Positions 1 to 9,292 of a stretch of DNA of 32,000 nucleotides are shown here, one piece after another. The DNA is from Desulfocapsa sulfexigens DSM 10523. Lineage in GTDB: Bacteria; Desulfobacterota; Desulfobulbia; Desulfobulbales; Desulfocapsaceae. The position numbers were made by a program, and so were the translations under genes. The first letter of the stretch is position 1. The number at the start of each line of letters is the position of its first letter. Below the pieces are notes generated by a model, which worked only from the letters and a program-made list of their open reading frames with translations, searched no databases and was not told where the DNA came from. Where the stretch lies: the NCBI RefSeq assembly GCF_000341395.1, contig NC_020304.1, positions 90,001 to 122,000 of the forward strand, given 5' to 3'.

Positions 1-1
1 G

Positions 2-115
2 GGTGAGAAGCGTGTCCTAATTATTCCTGCAAATCTAGGTTATGGACCATCGGGACGCGGTCCTATTCCACCAAATGCCACCATGATTTTTGATGTGGAG
101 TTGATTGATTTCTAA
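2..115 (+). CDS. FKBP-type peptidyl-prolyl cis-trans isomerase, C-terminal fragment (gene starts upstream of the window)
   Basis: Frame 2 reads [37 protein letters not shown] then TAA. This is the typical C-terminal strand pattern of FKBP domains (IPxxLGYG ... IPPNATLxFDVELI). Confidence 0.8.
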   Translation, partial: GEKRVLIIPANLGYGPSGRGPIPPNATMIFDVELIDF

Positions 116-152
116 AGAGTGAATCATTCGTTTTTTTTCGTGAAATAAAAGC

Positions 153-194
153 AAAAGGCCTGACTGGATAGTGTTTCCGGCCAGGCCTTTTTTT
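153..194 (+). terminator. Rho-independent terminator after the FKBP gene
   Basis: aaaaGGCCTGaCTGG...CCGGcCAGGCC followed by a 7-T run (188-194). GC-rich stem with A-tract and T-tract flanks. Confidence 0.8.
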
Positions 195-305
195 AGTCTC
201 ATGTAACAGGATTCACTTCGATATATAGGCGCTGCAGGTCAAGGTTGAAATCTTGCGAAAATACAAAAAAGGGGAAAAGATGAGCAAAACAGAGGGGAGA
301 AGCTG

Positions 306-896
306 ATGATCAAGGTCAATTGCGGACGATGTTTGCGGCAGCTACTGTGGCGTGGAGTGTTTGCGGTTGCACTGCTGGCGCTACCTTTTCCATTGTGGGC
401 TGCGGATTGGAGCCCATTGTCTGATACAGGCCAGAATAAATGTTACGATGCACAGGGTGCTGAAATTGTCTGCCCGACAGCCGGACAGCCTTTTCTGGGG
501 CAAGATGCACAGTATCAGGGAGCAACTTCTGTTTTTCGGGATAATGGCAACCAAACTGTCAGCGATCAGCAGAGTGGTCTGATGTGGATGAAATCCAGCG
601 ATGATATAGCTCGCAGATGGCAGGATGCTATCACCTACTGCAACGAACGTGTCTTTGCAGGTCATGATGACTGGCGCCTGCCCAGCAAATTCGAACTGGA
701 GTCCATCGTCAACTATGGTCGATCGTTTCCAGCTGTTAATGAAGTTTTCAGTTGTCCGGGGTCATTTACCTGGTCGAAGACCGTTCACGTGGGCAACCCT
801 GAGTACGCGTGGAGTGTCTACTGTGACGATGGCGCTGATCATTGGGTTCACAAAACAAACACCTATTCCGTCCGTTGTGTTCGTAACGAACGATGA
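306..896 (+). CDS. Secreted DUF1566 (Lcl C-terminal domain) protein
   Basis: N-terminal signal peptide (VFAVALLALPFPLWA/AD). TGQNKCYD...CP...GQDAQY module followed by a DWRLPSKFELESIV ... YAWSV ... VRCVR pattern typical of DUF1566. GGGGAG about 6 nt upstream of the ATG. Confidence 0.8.
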   Translation: MIKVNCGRCLRQLLWRGVFAVALLALPFPLWAADWSPLSDTGQNKCYDAQGAEIVCPTAGQPFLGQDAQYQGATSVFRDNGNQTVSDQQSGLMWMKSSDDIARRWQDAITYCNERVFAGHDDWRLPSKFELESIVNYGRSFPAVNEVFSCPGSFTWSKTVHVGNPEYAWSVYCDDGADHWVHKTNTYSVRCVRNER

Positions 897-999
897 AATT
901 TGATTTCTTTCATTCTTTTACACTCATTATGGCCTTCCTGCTCAAAGAAGTATACTGGTCGTCTCATCAATTCACCTCATTATCCACAGGACACAAAAT

Positions 1000-1515
1000 A
1001 TGCTACTAAAACAGACCCAACCTGACATTCGGCGTCCCCCCCGACCTTTCATGCAGAAAAGAAGTGCACGAATCATCATGGGGAGCACTCTGCTGCTTTC
1101 AGTCTTTGTTCTCTTTGGCTCACTTGCGCATACCATAGGCCCCTACACTGCCCGAATCAACACGGTTATTGACCAGGGAACCGGCCTGGAGTGGCAAAAA
1201 AACAGTACCGGAATACCCCACACCTGGCAGAATGCACTTCTCTACTGTGAAGATTTATCTCTTGACTCAAAAACCGACTGGCGAGTCCCCAATATCCGCG
1301 AGTTAAAATCTCTTGCTGACTACAGCAGATACTACCCAGCAATTGATCCGGTTATCCCCAGTGAGTCATCAGTCTACTGGTCAGCCACCACCGCCGTAAC
1401 ACGTTCTCCAACGAGCGCATGGACGGTCTTTTTCGGTAATGGCGATGACATTTGGGCAGATAAGAGCAAAACACACTACGTTCGTTGTGTTCGTTCTGAG
1501 TCCTCAGGTCAGTAG
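1000..1515 (+). CDS. DUF1566 (Lcl C-terminal domain) protein, membrane-anchored or secreted paralog
   Basis: Hydrophobic N-terminal segment (IIMGSTLLLSVFVLFGSLA). LEWQK ... DWRVPNIRELKSLADY ... SAWTVFF ... YVRCVR is the same domain signature as 306..896. AGGA lies 8 nt before the ATG at 1000. An alternative ATG at 1051 lacks an SD. Confidence 0.75.
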   Translation: MLLKQTQPDIRRPPRPFMQKRSARIIMGSTLLLSVFVLFGSLAHTIGPYTARINTVIDQGTGLEWQKNSTGIPHTWQNALLYCEDLSLDSKTDWRVPNIRELKSLADYSRYYPAIDPVIPSESSVYWSATTAVTRSPTSAWTVFFGNGDDIWADKSKTHYVRCVRSESSGQ

Positions 1516-1625
1516 TAATGCAAAGCAACAGGAGTTAACATGAGGCCGTGACAGATATCCCTGGAAACCACAGGATCAGCTTCAATACAGTCTCTTTCAG
1601 GTCAAAGGGGAGAAAACAACACTGT

Positions 1626-2591
1626 TCAATACTTCAAACCAACGCGTTCTCGTACCAGATCAAGAGTGACCATAGCCTTTTCCCTTGCTCGAATTGCACC
1701 TTTTCGTAAAACAGTTCGAATCATTTCTGGATCAGCCATGTATTCTGCTTTTTTCTGACGAGCCTCAGCATAATAGTCACTAATCAGCTCGAGAAGTTCG
1801 AGCTTTAAATACCCATAGGCCGCACCACCATTAACATACAGATTTCTTATTTCCTGGAGACGCTCGGGTGTTGCAAAGAGTTTAAACAGAGCAAAAAGAT
1901 TACACTGGTCAGGATCTTTTGGATCCTCCACGGGAATTGCGTCGGTTGCGATCGCCATCACTTTTTTCTTCAGCTGCTTGCCTTCAAGAAAAATAGGGAT
2001 GGTATTCCCGTATGATTTTGACATCTTCTGTCCGTCAAGCCCGGGGACAATGGCTGTGGTATCACTGATAAAAGGCTCAGGCACCACAAAGGTTTCACCG
2101 AAGGTATTATTGAATTTCTGGGCGACATCCCTTGCGACCTCAAGGTGCTGCTTCTGATCCTTGCCAACAGGAACCTGATCCGCCTGATAGAGGAGGATAT
2201 CAGCCGCCATAAGTACTGGATAGGAAAACAGGCCATGGCTGGCATCAATTCCCTTGGCTACCTTATCTTTGTATGAATGACAGCGTTCCATCAACCCCAT
2301 TGGAGTGACAGTGGATAATATCCAGGCCAACTCACACACCTCGGGAACATCCGACTGTACCCAGAATGTACATTTTTCAGGATCAAGCCCAAGTGCCAGA
2401 AAATCAGCGGCAGCCTCAAGCGTTCCCGCAGCAAGTTTTTCTCTATCATGGACGGATGTGAGTGCGTGAAGATTAACGATAAAGACATAGAGATCGGAAT
2501 TCTCCATGTTGGAAATCATGGTTTTCATCATCCCAAAATAATTTCCTATATGCAACTGGCCCGAAGGCTGAATACCTGACAAGACTTTCAT
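1626..2591 (-). CDS. trpS: Tryptophan--tRNA ligase
   Basis: 321 aa. N-terminal GIQPSGQLHIGNYFG (HIGH-type motif) and KMSKS motif. Length and overall pattern match bacterial TrpRS. Confidence 0.95.
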   Translation of the reverse strand: MKVLSGIQPSGQLHIGNYFGMMKTMISNMENSDLYVFIVNLHALTSVHDREKLAAGTLEAAADFLALGLDPEKCTFWVQSDVPEVCELAWILSTVTPMGLMERCHSYKDKVAKGIDASHGLFSYPVLMAADILLYQADQVPVGKDQKQHLEVARDVAQKFNNTFGETFVVPEPFISDTTAIVPGLDGQKMSKSYGNTIPIFLEGKQLKKKVMAIATDAIPVEDPKDPDQCNLFALFKLFATPERLQEIRNLYVNGGAAYGYLKLELLELISDYYAEARQKKAEYMADPEMIRTVLRKGAIRAREKAMVTLDLVRERVGLKY

Positions 2592-2687
2592 GATTATATT
2601 TATGCGTTAAGTTAACATTTTTTGATTTTCGTTTCCAACCATCTGCCTTTCGAATTCCGGCTCGAGCATACTACCTCAGGTGAAAAC

Positions 2688-2730
2688 GAAAAAAAAGGGG
2701 GAATCTGAATTTCATCGGATTCCCCCTTTT
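2688..2730 (-). terminator. Rho-independent terminator downstream of dnaK
   Basis: On the minus strand: GGGGGAATC (2726-2718), 12-nt loop, GATTCCCCC (2705-2697), followed by an 8-T run. Sits 45-85 nt after the dnaK stop. Confidence 0.75.
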
Positions 2731-2773
2731 CACTCACTGCCTTCTTTCGCAGACAGGTGCTCAGCTGACAAAA

Positions 2774-4687
2774 TTATTTTTTATCATCATCCTTTACTTC
2801 TTCGAAGTCAGCATCAACAACATCATCATCCTGTTTTGCTTCTCCAGCGTCAGCTGAACCGGCTCCTTCAGGTCCTTCCTTGGAGGCTTGAGCATACATA
2901 ATTTCAGCAAGCTTGTGGGACGCCTTGGTCAATTCTTCGATGGCAGCATTGATAGCATCGGTATCATCACCTTCAGCGACCTTCTTAACGTTTTCGATCT
3001 CTCTTTCCACATTGCTCTTGGTCTCGGCATCCACCTTGTCACCAAGGTCTTTCAGCGACTTCTGAGAGGCATGTATGAGACCATCGGCATTATTCCTGGC
3101 TTCGACCAGTGCCTTACGTTTCTTGTCTTCCTCAGCATGCTCCTCAGCATCCTGTTTCATCTTCTCGATCTCAGCCTCGGACAGACCGGAAGAGGCTGTG
3201 ATACGGATGGATTGTTCCTTATTCGTACCAAGATCCTTAGCAGAAACATGGAGAATACCATTGGCATCAAGATCAAAAGAAACCTCAATCTGAGGCACGC
3301 CACGAGGCGCAGGTGGAATGTCGGAAAGCTCAAAGCGACCGATAGTCTTGTTATCCTGTGCCATTTCACGTTCACCTTGGAGCACATGGATGGAAACAGC
3401 AGGCTGATTATCAGCGGCTGTTGAGAACACCTGACTCTTTTTCGTGGGAACCGTGGTATTTTTCTCGATCAGCTTGGTGGTAACACCGCCAAGAGTCTCA
3501 ATACCGAGTGAAAGAGGTGTAACATCGAGGAGCAATACATCTTTCACATCACCCTGAAGAACACCACCCTGAATAGCAGCACCGATGGCCACAACTTCAT
3601 CGGGATTCACGCCCTTGTGAGGCTCCTTACCAAAGATCTCTTTTACTTTCTGTTGAACTTTCGGCATCCTGCTCATACCACCGACAAGTATTACCTCATC
3701 GATATCAGATGCAGAGAGACCAGCATCTTTCAAAGCTGTAACACAGGGAGCAACAGTGCGATCAACAAGATCATCGACCAGGGACTCATACTTGGAACGA
3801 CTCAATTTGATATTCAAATGCTTTGGACCCGTGGCATCTGCGGTAATAAATGGCAGATTAATATCAGTCTCTGTGGTGGTGGAAAGTTCCATTTTGGCCT
3901 TTTCACCTTCTTCCTTCAACCGCTGGAGAGCCATTTTGTCGTTACGAAGATCGATTCCCTGCTCACGTTTAAACTCATCTGCAAGCCAGTTCACGATACG
4001 CATATCAAAATCTTCACCACCGAGAAAGGTGTCACCATTTGTAGCCTTCACCTCAAACACACCATCGCCGATCTCAAGGATGGAGACATCAAAAGTACCA
4101 CCACCAAGATCGAATACTGCTATTTTCTCTTCGCCCTTTTTGTCGAGTCCATAGGCAAGTGCCGCCGCTGTGGGCTCATTAATGATACGCTGCACATTAA
4201 GTCCGGCAATCTTACCGGCATCTTTTGTTGCCTGACGCTGGGCATCATTAAAGTAAGCGGGAACGGTAACAACAGCATCGGTTACTTCCTCTCCGAGATA
4301 TTCTTCAGCAGTCTTTTTCATTTTGCCAAGAATCATGGCCGAAATTTCGGCAGGAGTATAGTTTTTTCCTTCAACTTCAATAGCTGCACTGCCATCCTTT
4401 CCTTTAATAATCTTGAAAGGACTTACCTCAACTGATTTCTGTACTTCACCATCGCTAAAATTTCGACCAATCAGACGCTTGATGGCGAACAGGGTACGTT
4501 CCGGATTCGTCACGGCCTGACGTTTTGCCACCTGGCCAACCATACGCTCATTATTATCTGTAAATGCGACAATGGAAGGCGTAGTACGATTCCCTTCCAC
4601 ATTGGCGATAACGGTTGGGTCACCACCTTCCATAACAGCCACACATGAATTTGTAGTTCCTAAGTCAATTCCAATTATCTTTCCCAT
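2774..4687 (-). CDS. dnaK: Molecular chaperone DnaK (Hsp70)
   Basis: 637 aa. [34 protein letters not shown] and an acidic C-terminal tail. AAGGAGAG SD 7 nt upstream of the ATG. Confidence 0.99.
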   Translation of the reverse strand: MGKIIGIDLGTTNSCVAVMEGGDPTVIANVEGNRTTPSIVAFTDNNERMVGQVAKRQAVTNPERTLFAIKRLIGRNFSDGEVQKSVEVSPFKIIKGKDGSAAIEVEGKNYTPAEISAMILGKMKKTAEEYLGEEVTDAVVTVPAYFNDAQRQATKDAGKIAGLNVQRIINEPTAAALAYGLDKKGEEKIAVFDLGGGTFDVSILEIGDGVFEVKATNGDTFLGGEDFDMRIVNWLADEFKREQGIDLRNDKMALQRLKEEGEKAKMELSTTTETDINLPFITADATGPKHLNIKLSRSKYESLVDDLVDRTVAPCVTALKDAGLSASDIDEVILVGGMSRMPKVQQKVKEIFGKEPHKGVNPDEVVAIGAAIQGGVLQGDVKDVLLLDVTPLSLGIETLGGVTTKLIEKNTTVPTKKSQVFSTAADNQPAVSIHVLQGEREMAQDNKTIGRFELSDIPPAPRGVPQIEVSFDLDANGILHVSAKDLGTNKEQSIRITASSGLSEAEIEKMKQDAEEHAEEDKKRKALVEARNNADGLIHASQKSLKDLGDKVDAETKSNVEREIENVKKVAEGDDTDAINAAIEELTKASHKLAEIMYAQASKEGPEGAGSADAGEAKQDDDVVDADFEEVKDDDKK

Positions 4688-4871
4688 GACATTCTCTCCT
4701 TATATCGAAACGTGAAACCGCCTCCGCTTTACTTTGGCGATATCTTCCATTTTCCGTTTTTTTCTGTTTTATAAAAACTCTTTTTAAAATCGGTACAACA
4801 CTTGCTACAGTGCTCATCATCCTGATTTTGTCAAGCAACTGATTACTTCTTCTTGAAAATTTCCCTGCCAT

Positions 4872-5459
4872 TTACTTCTTATCTCCTGCCGAAACAACCA
4901 CCTTGGCAGCCCGAAGGAGACGATCTTTGTACTGATACCCTTTTTCAAACTCAGTCAGTATGTGATTTTCCGGAACCGTATCACTGGGTTCCATTGTCAG
5001 GGCTTCGTGATTTGTAGGATCAAAAGCCTCCCCTAAACTTTTGATTGGGGTTACTTCAAATTTTTCAAGGGTGGTGATAAGACTTTTCAAGGTCAATTGC
5101 ACACCTTCACGAAGAGATGACAAGCCTTGCTCAGCCTCAATACCTTCCATCTTACTCTGAGCGACTGCACGTTCAAGATTGTCGACGGTGGCCAGGACTT
5201 CCTTGAGAATTGGTTCACCTGCATACTTCAGGGCCGTAGCCTTATCCCGTATCATTCGTTTTTTATAATTATCAAATTCTGCTGCTATACGCAGCATCTG
5301 ATTTTTTTGTTCCGCTGCATCAGCAAGTGCGGCCGCCAACTGTTTTTCAAGTGAATCTTCCTCAACAGCCTCCTCCACTTCGGGAATATTTTCACCGATA
5401 GACTCAATGTCATCCAGAATCTCTTCCTGCTTATTTTCTTCGCTCACCAATTCCTCCAT
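4872..5459 (-). CDS. grpE: Nucleotide exchange factor GrpE
   Basis: Acidic N-terminus, then RIAAEFDNYKKRMIRDK and a C-terminal beta-domain pattern (GYQYKDRLLRAAKVVV). Start placed at the internal ATG (MEELVSEENK). The 41-codon upstream extension of the tracked ORF (GTG at 5582) is Cys/Trp-rich and overlaps a promoter-like TTGACA. Confidence 0.9.
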   Translation of the reverse strand: MEELVSEENKQEEILDDIESIGENIPEVEEAVEEDSLEKQLAAALADAAEQKNQMLRIAAEFDNYKKRMIRDKATALKYAGEPILKEVLATVDNLERAVAQSKMEGIEAEQGLSSLREGVQLTLKSLITTLEKFEVTPIKSLGEAFDPTNHEALTMEPSDTVPENHILTEFEKGYQYKDRLLRAAKVVVSAGDKK

Positions 5460-5544
5460 ATAAGGTATAGGCAAAGGGCAGGGCCAGACGGTCCCCCCTC
5501 GCCAGCATTCATTCAAAAAATAGTATTGCTTTACAATTGCATCA

Positions 5545-5572
5545 ACAATAAGTAGCACTATTTTCTTGTCAA
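5545..5572 (-). promoter_or_regulatory. Possible sigma-70-type promoter for grpE
   Basis: Minus strand TTGACA (5572-5567), 16 nt, TATTGT (5550-5545), about 85 nt upstream of the grpE ATG. Hexamer match only. No CIRCE or clear sigma-32 -10 seen. Confidence 0.3.
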
Positions 5573-5669
5573 GTGGCCACACCGCCCCTTTTTGCCTTTC
5601 ATCTTGGATAAAAAGACAATATAGTATTCGATATTATTTCCTATTTTTATTGTATGGAGAACAGAATCA

Positions 5670-6737
5670 ATGGAATTTGAACCAAAATGGATTGCCTGGG
5701 AAATCACCAGGCGTTGTAACCTTAAATGCGTACACTGCAGATCCTCCTCGGAGCTTGCAATTGAAGGGCACCCCGATTTTTCTTTTGACGAAGCCAAACG
5801 GGTCATCGATGATATTGTCTCTTATGCCTCTCCCGTCATCGTCCTCTCAGGTGGAGAACCACTGCTTCGGGAAGATGTTTTTGATATTGCCAAATATGGT
5901 GAGTCGAAGGGGTTACGAATGTGCCTGGCTACAAACGGCACACTGGTGACAGATGATATCTGTAAGAAAATAGTCGACGCCAGGATTAAAATGGTATCGT
6001 TAAGCCTGGATGGTGCAAAAGCCGAGACCCACGACAACTTTCGAAATCAGGAGGGAGCATTCGATGGAACCATGAACGCCATCAAACTCTTCAAGGAACA
6101 TAACATCCCCTTTCTCATCAACTCTTCCTTCACCATTCGCAATCGTAAGGAGATACCTGAAATTTATAAACTGGTGAAGGGACTTGGGGCTACAGCATGG
6201 TATATGTTTATGATCGTACCCACTGGCCGTGGCGAAGATATCATGGAAGAACTTATCCCCATTGATCTCTATGACGAAATCCTGGAGTGGCATTACGAGA
6301 TAGAAAAGAATGACGACGAACTCCTTACCCGGCCCACCTGTGCTCCCCATTATTATAGAATAGTACGTCAAAAGGCCAAGGAGGAGAACAGCTCCTTTAA
6401 ACGCCGTAACCTGAAATTCTCTACGGGTGGTTCCAAGGGATGCCTGGCCGGGCAGCTTATCTGCCTCATCGATGTGGACCTTGATGTGCTCCCCTGCAGT
6501 TATTTTCCAAAGTCTGCCGGAAATCTTTACAAACAGTCCTTTAAAGAAGTATGGGAAGACTCCAAGCTCTTTGCCGAGATGCGCGATTTTAAAGGATACA
6601 AGGACAACTGTGGATCCTGCGAATATGTCAATGTCTGCGGTGGCTGCAGGGCTCGTGCCTATGCCATGACCGGGGATTATCTGGCACAGGAGCCATTCTG
6701 CAATTATATCCCACGTAGTATCAGGGAAAAAGAATAA
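5670..6737 (+). CDS. Radical SAM / SPASM-domain protein, AhbD/NirJ-like (possible anaerobic heme-pathway enzyme)
   Basis: 355 aa. CNLKCVHC (CX3CX2C) radical SAM cluster motif and SGGEPLL. C-terminal SPASM-type Cys pattern (PCSYF ... [18 protein letters not shown]). GGAGAA upstream of the ATG. Lies next to hemE. The family call is solid; the AhbD-like subtype is inference. Confidence 0.85.
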   Translation: MEFEPKWIAWEITRRCNLKCVHCRSSSELAIEGHPDFSFDEAKRVIDDIVSYASPVIVLSGGEPLLREDVFDIAKYGESKGLRMCLATNGTLVTDDICKKIVDARIKMVSLSLDGAKAETHDNFRNQEGAFDGTMNAIKLFKEHNIPFLINSSFTIRNRKEIPEIYKLVKGLGATAWYMFMIVPTGRGEDIMEELIPIDLYDEILEWHYEIEKNDDELLTRPTCAPHYYRIVRQKAKEENSSFKRRNLKFSTGGSKGCLAGQLICLIDVDLDVLPCSYFPKSAGNLYKQSFKEVWEDSKLFAEMRDFKGYKDNCGSCEYVNVCGGCRARAYAMTGDYLAQEPFCNYIPRSIREKE

Positions 6738-6984
6738 AGGGTGCCTTGCAAAATTAGTATTTTCGTTTCAAATCGAAGTGTGAAAAAAATTACCGCAGGT
6801 ATATATCGTATATTCTGAAGATATAATTTTTCACGCAACAAAGAGTTGAGGGGAAAAGGCAATTTTTCAAGGTAGCCTAAACACATAAATCATTAAACAA
6901 AAACCTACAAATCAAAGAAAACTTGTTCAGCAATACTCATCTTCACTCGATTGAGCCGCTGATGAACAAGTTGGGAAAGGAACC

Positions 6985-8004
6985 ATGAATGATACTTTTT
7001 TAAAGGCTTGCAGAGGCGAGAAAACTGACTACACCCCTATCTGGATAATGCGCCAGGCCGGACGTTACCTGCCAGAATACCAGAAGGTACGAGGCAAGGT
7101 CACCTTTCTTGAGTTATGCAAAACTCCGGAACTGTGTGTAGAAGTCACCCTGCAGCCCATCGATATTTTAAATGTTGATGCTGCGATCCTCTTCTCTGAC
7201 ATCCTCATTCCTCTGGAAGCTATGGGAACACCGCTGGAGTTTCACGAGGGCCGAGGGCCGGTATTCCCAGAACCGATTAAAAACCAGGCTGACCTCGACA
7301 AATTAAGAGTACCGGATCCACACGAACACACGGGCTTTGTCATGGACACCATCGGTCTTCTGCGCAAAGAACTGAATGTGCCGCTTATCGGCTTTTCCGG
7401 AGCACCCTTCACCTGTGCCACCTATATGATAGAGGGTGGGTCATCGAAAGTCTTCTGGGAAACAAAGAAAATGATGTTCACCAATCCAGAACTTTTTCAC
7501 AATATAATGAGAAAGATCACCGATACAACAACCCTCTACCTGAAAGCTCAAGCCAAGGCAGGTGCCCAGGCTCTGCAGATTTTCGATTCATGGGCCGGCG
7601 TCCTGGCGCCCTGCGATTTCGAGGCCTTTGCACTTCCCTATGTTCAGGAAATTATTCGTGACTTGCAGGATACCGGACTTCCCATTATCTACTTTGCCAA
7701 CAACGGAGCAACCCTTCTCGAACTGTCTGAATCCTCAGGTGCCAACGTACTCGGCCTCGATTGGCGTATCAATATTGGCGATGCGATAAAGCGCCTTGGA
7801 AACGTGGCCGTTCAGGGGAACCTTGACCCATTTTCTCTCTTGCTGCCAAAGGACGAGCTGAAAAAACGTATCGGACGAATTCTTGATGATGCAAAAGATG
7901 CCAAGGGCCATATTTTTAATCTTGGCCATGGTATTCACCAGTTCACGCCGCCTGAGCAGGCTAAAGCTGCCGTGGAATTTGTCCATGAACTGAGCCAGAA
8001 ATAA
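6985..8004 (+). CDS. hemE: Uroporphyrinogen decarboxylase
   Basis: 339 aa. N-terminal PIWIMRQAGRYLPEY signature and FSDIL. Length and overall pattern match HemE/UroD. GGGAAAGGA SD. Confidence 0.95.
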   Translation: MNDTFLKACRGEKTDYTPIWIMRQAGRYLPEYQKVRGKVTFLELCKTPELCVEVTLQPIDILNVDAAILFSDILIPLEAMGTPLEFHEGRGPVFPEPIKNQADLDKLRVPDPHEHTGFVMDTIGLLRKELNVPLIGFSGAPFTCATYMIEGGSSKVFWETKKMMFTNPELFHNIMRKITDTTTLYLKAQAKAGAQALQIFDSWAGVLAPCDFEAFALPYVQEIIRDLQDTGLPIIYFANNGATLLELSESSGANVLGLDWRINIGDAIKRLGNVAVQGNLDPFSLLLPKDELKKRIGRILDDAKDAKGHIFNLGHGIHQFTPPEQAKAAVEFVHELSQK

Positions 8005-8024
8005 CACTTCACTAAATCTGCAAA

Positions 8025-8612
8025 GTGTCAGTTCCAACAATCCAACACTGCTACTCGCTTATGAACGAGTATGCCATGCTTGATAACATCCGGGCCCATT
8101 CTGTCATGGTGGCCCGGGTGGCATCTGCTCTCCTCCAGAACCTCACGGAGACCTCAGAACAAAAGCCACACCTGCCATCCAGAGGACTTGTACTTGCTGG
8201 GGCCCTGCTTCATGATATAGCGAAAACCCCCTGTCTGAAGAACCGCTGTGATCACGCAAGACATGGACGAGATATTTGTCTGAAACTTGGCTATCCGGAA
8301 GTTGCAGAAGTGGTCCGAGAACATGTCATTCTCACCGAATTTTCCCAAAAGCGGTACCAAAAGGGTGTCTTTTATGCGAAGGAAATAGTCTACTATGCAG
8401 ACAAGCGGGTACGCCATGATGAGATAGTCTCTCTTGAGGAACGACTCGAATATATCCTGGAACAATACGGAAACAACGATCCCGATCGTCACCGATTAAT
8501 AAGAGAAAATTTCGCCCAATGCCAGCAACTTGAAAATGCTCTTTTTTCATCTTTGAAAATAACAGCTGCTGATATCCCGGCTTCAATCGCCACCATTCAG
8601 CTCACAACCTGA
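8025..8612 (+). CDS. HD-domain phosphohydrolase-family protein
   Basis: 195 aa. H...LLHDIAKT (HD motif) and a later EHV/ADKR pattern. Starts 20 nt after hemE, so likely co-transcribed. Start uncertain (GTG at 8025 or ATG at 8061); neither has a good SD. Confidence 0.75.
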   Translation: MSVPTIQHCYSLMNEYAMLDNIRAHSVMVARVASALLQNLTETSEQKPHLPSRGLVLAGALLHDIAKTPCLKNRCDHARHGRDICLKLGYPEVAEVVREHVILTEFSQKRYQKGVFYAKEIVYYADKRVRHDEIVSLEERLEYILEQYGNNDPDRHRLIRENFAQCQQLENALFSSLKITAADIPASIATIQLTT

Positions 8613-8646
8613 GACTGAACACGCACCATTAGAGCAAATCAATACC

Positions 8647-9279
8647 ATGAACAGTATGATAAACCCTTCAGTCCTCACCGTTTTTATTCCGACCTTCTTT
8701 TTTGTCTCTGCCACCCCGGGAATGTGCATGACCCTCTCAATGACCCTGGGGATGACCATTGGCGTCCGCCGCACCTTTTGGATGATGTGGGGTGAGCTGC
8801 TTGGCGTCGGTCTTGTGTCCCTGGCAGCTGTAGCCGGAGTAGCGGCCCTTATGCTCAACTATCCCGCTGCTTTTCTGGTGCTGAAATATATCGGTGGTGC
8901 TTATCTTGGATATCTTGGAATTCAAATGTGGCGTTCAAAGGGGAAAATGGCTCTCTGTGAAGAGAACGAAACAACTATCAAACTCAGTGCAAGGGGGCTG
9001 GCACTCCAGGGCTTCGTTACAGCCATCGCCAACCCCAAAGGCTGGGCTTTCATGATCTCCCTTTTGCCACCATTTATAGATCCACTGCAGTCACTTGCCC
9101 CGCAGGTAACCATTCTGCTCCTTATTATTCTCACCATCGAATTCTGCTGCCTTATAAGCTACGCAGCCGGAGGAAGGACACTTCGAAATGTGCTGCGGCA
9201 AAAAAGTACTCTCAAAACGATGAACAGGATAGCGGGTACTCTGATGATCGGAGTTGGTATTTGGCTGGCCGCTGGATAA
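8647..9279 (+). CDS. LysE/RhtB-family amino-acid exporter
   Basis: 210 aa, about 6 hydrophobic segments. N-terminal ATPGMCMTL (PG motif region), YIGGAYLGYLGIQMW and NPKGWAF patterns typical of the LysE (RhtB) family. Confidence 0.85.
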   Translation: MNSMINPSVLTVFIPTFFFVSATPGMCMTLSMTLGMTIGVRRTFWMMWGELLGVGLVSLAAVAGVAALMLNYPAAFLVLKYIGGAYLGYLGIQMWRSKGKMALCEENETTIKLSARGLALQGFVTAIANPKGWAFMISLLPPFIDPLQSLAPQVTILLLIILTIEFCCLISYAAGGRTLRNVLRQKSTLKTMNRIAGTLMIGVGIWLAAG

Positions 9280-9292
9280 CCTGTTATACATT

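Noticed and set aside
2592-2687. T-box or other riboswitch leader upstream of trpS
   Set aside because: Only about 95 nt lie between the dnaK terminator and the trpS start. This is too short for a T-box, and no specifier or antiterminator-like structure is seen.
2680-2901. 73-aa His/Gln/Leu-rich ORF (…[21 protein letters not shown]…)
   Set aside because: It is antisense to the acidic DnaK tail (GAT/GAA repeats read backwards) and spans the dnaK terminator hairpin. Composition artefact.
3617-4435. 272-aa ORF on the plus strand inside dnaK
   Set aside because: It is fully antisense to the unambiguous dnaK CDS. The Leu/Phe/Ile/Lys-rich translation with no motifs is typical of a shadow ORF.
4665-4871. 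68-aa basic ORF filling the grpE-dnaK spacer, considered as a real gene
   Set aside because: Not annotated as a CDS. It has A/T-rich leader-like composition, overlaps the dnaK SD and start out of frame, and has no recognisable family. Kept only as a low-interest note in findings.
5460-5582. 41-codon N-terminal extension of the grpE ORF (GTG start)
   Set aside because: The extension is Cys/Trp/Pro-rich, unlike GrpE N-termini, and contains the promoter-like TTGACA. The internal ATG gives a typical acidic GrpE N-terminus.
4688-5669. CIRCE (TTAGCACTC-N9-GAGTGCTAA) or sigma-32 promoters for grpE/dnaK
   Set aside because: The closest candidate is GAGCACTgtagcaAGTGTT at about 4790-4815. It has the wrong spacing and several mismatches. 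No CCCCAT-type -10 box follows the CTTGACA boxes.
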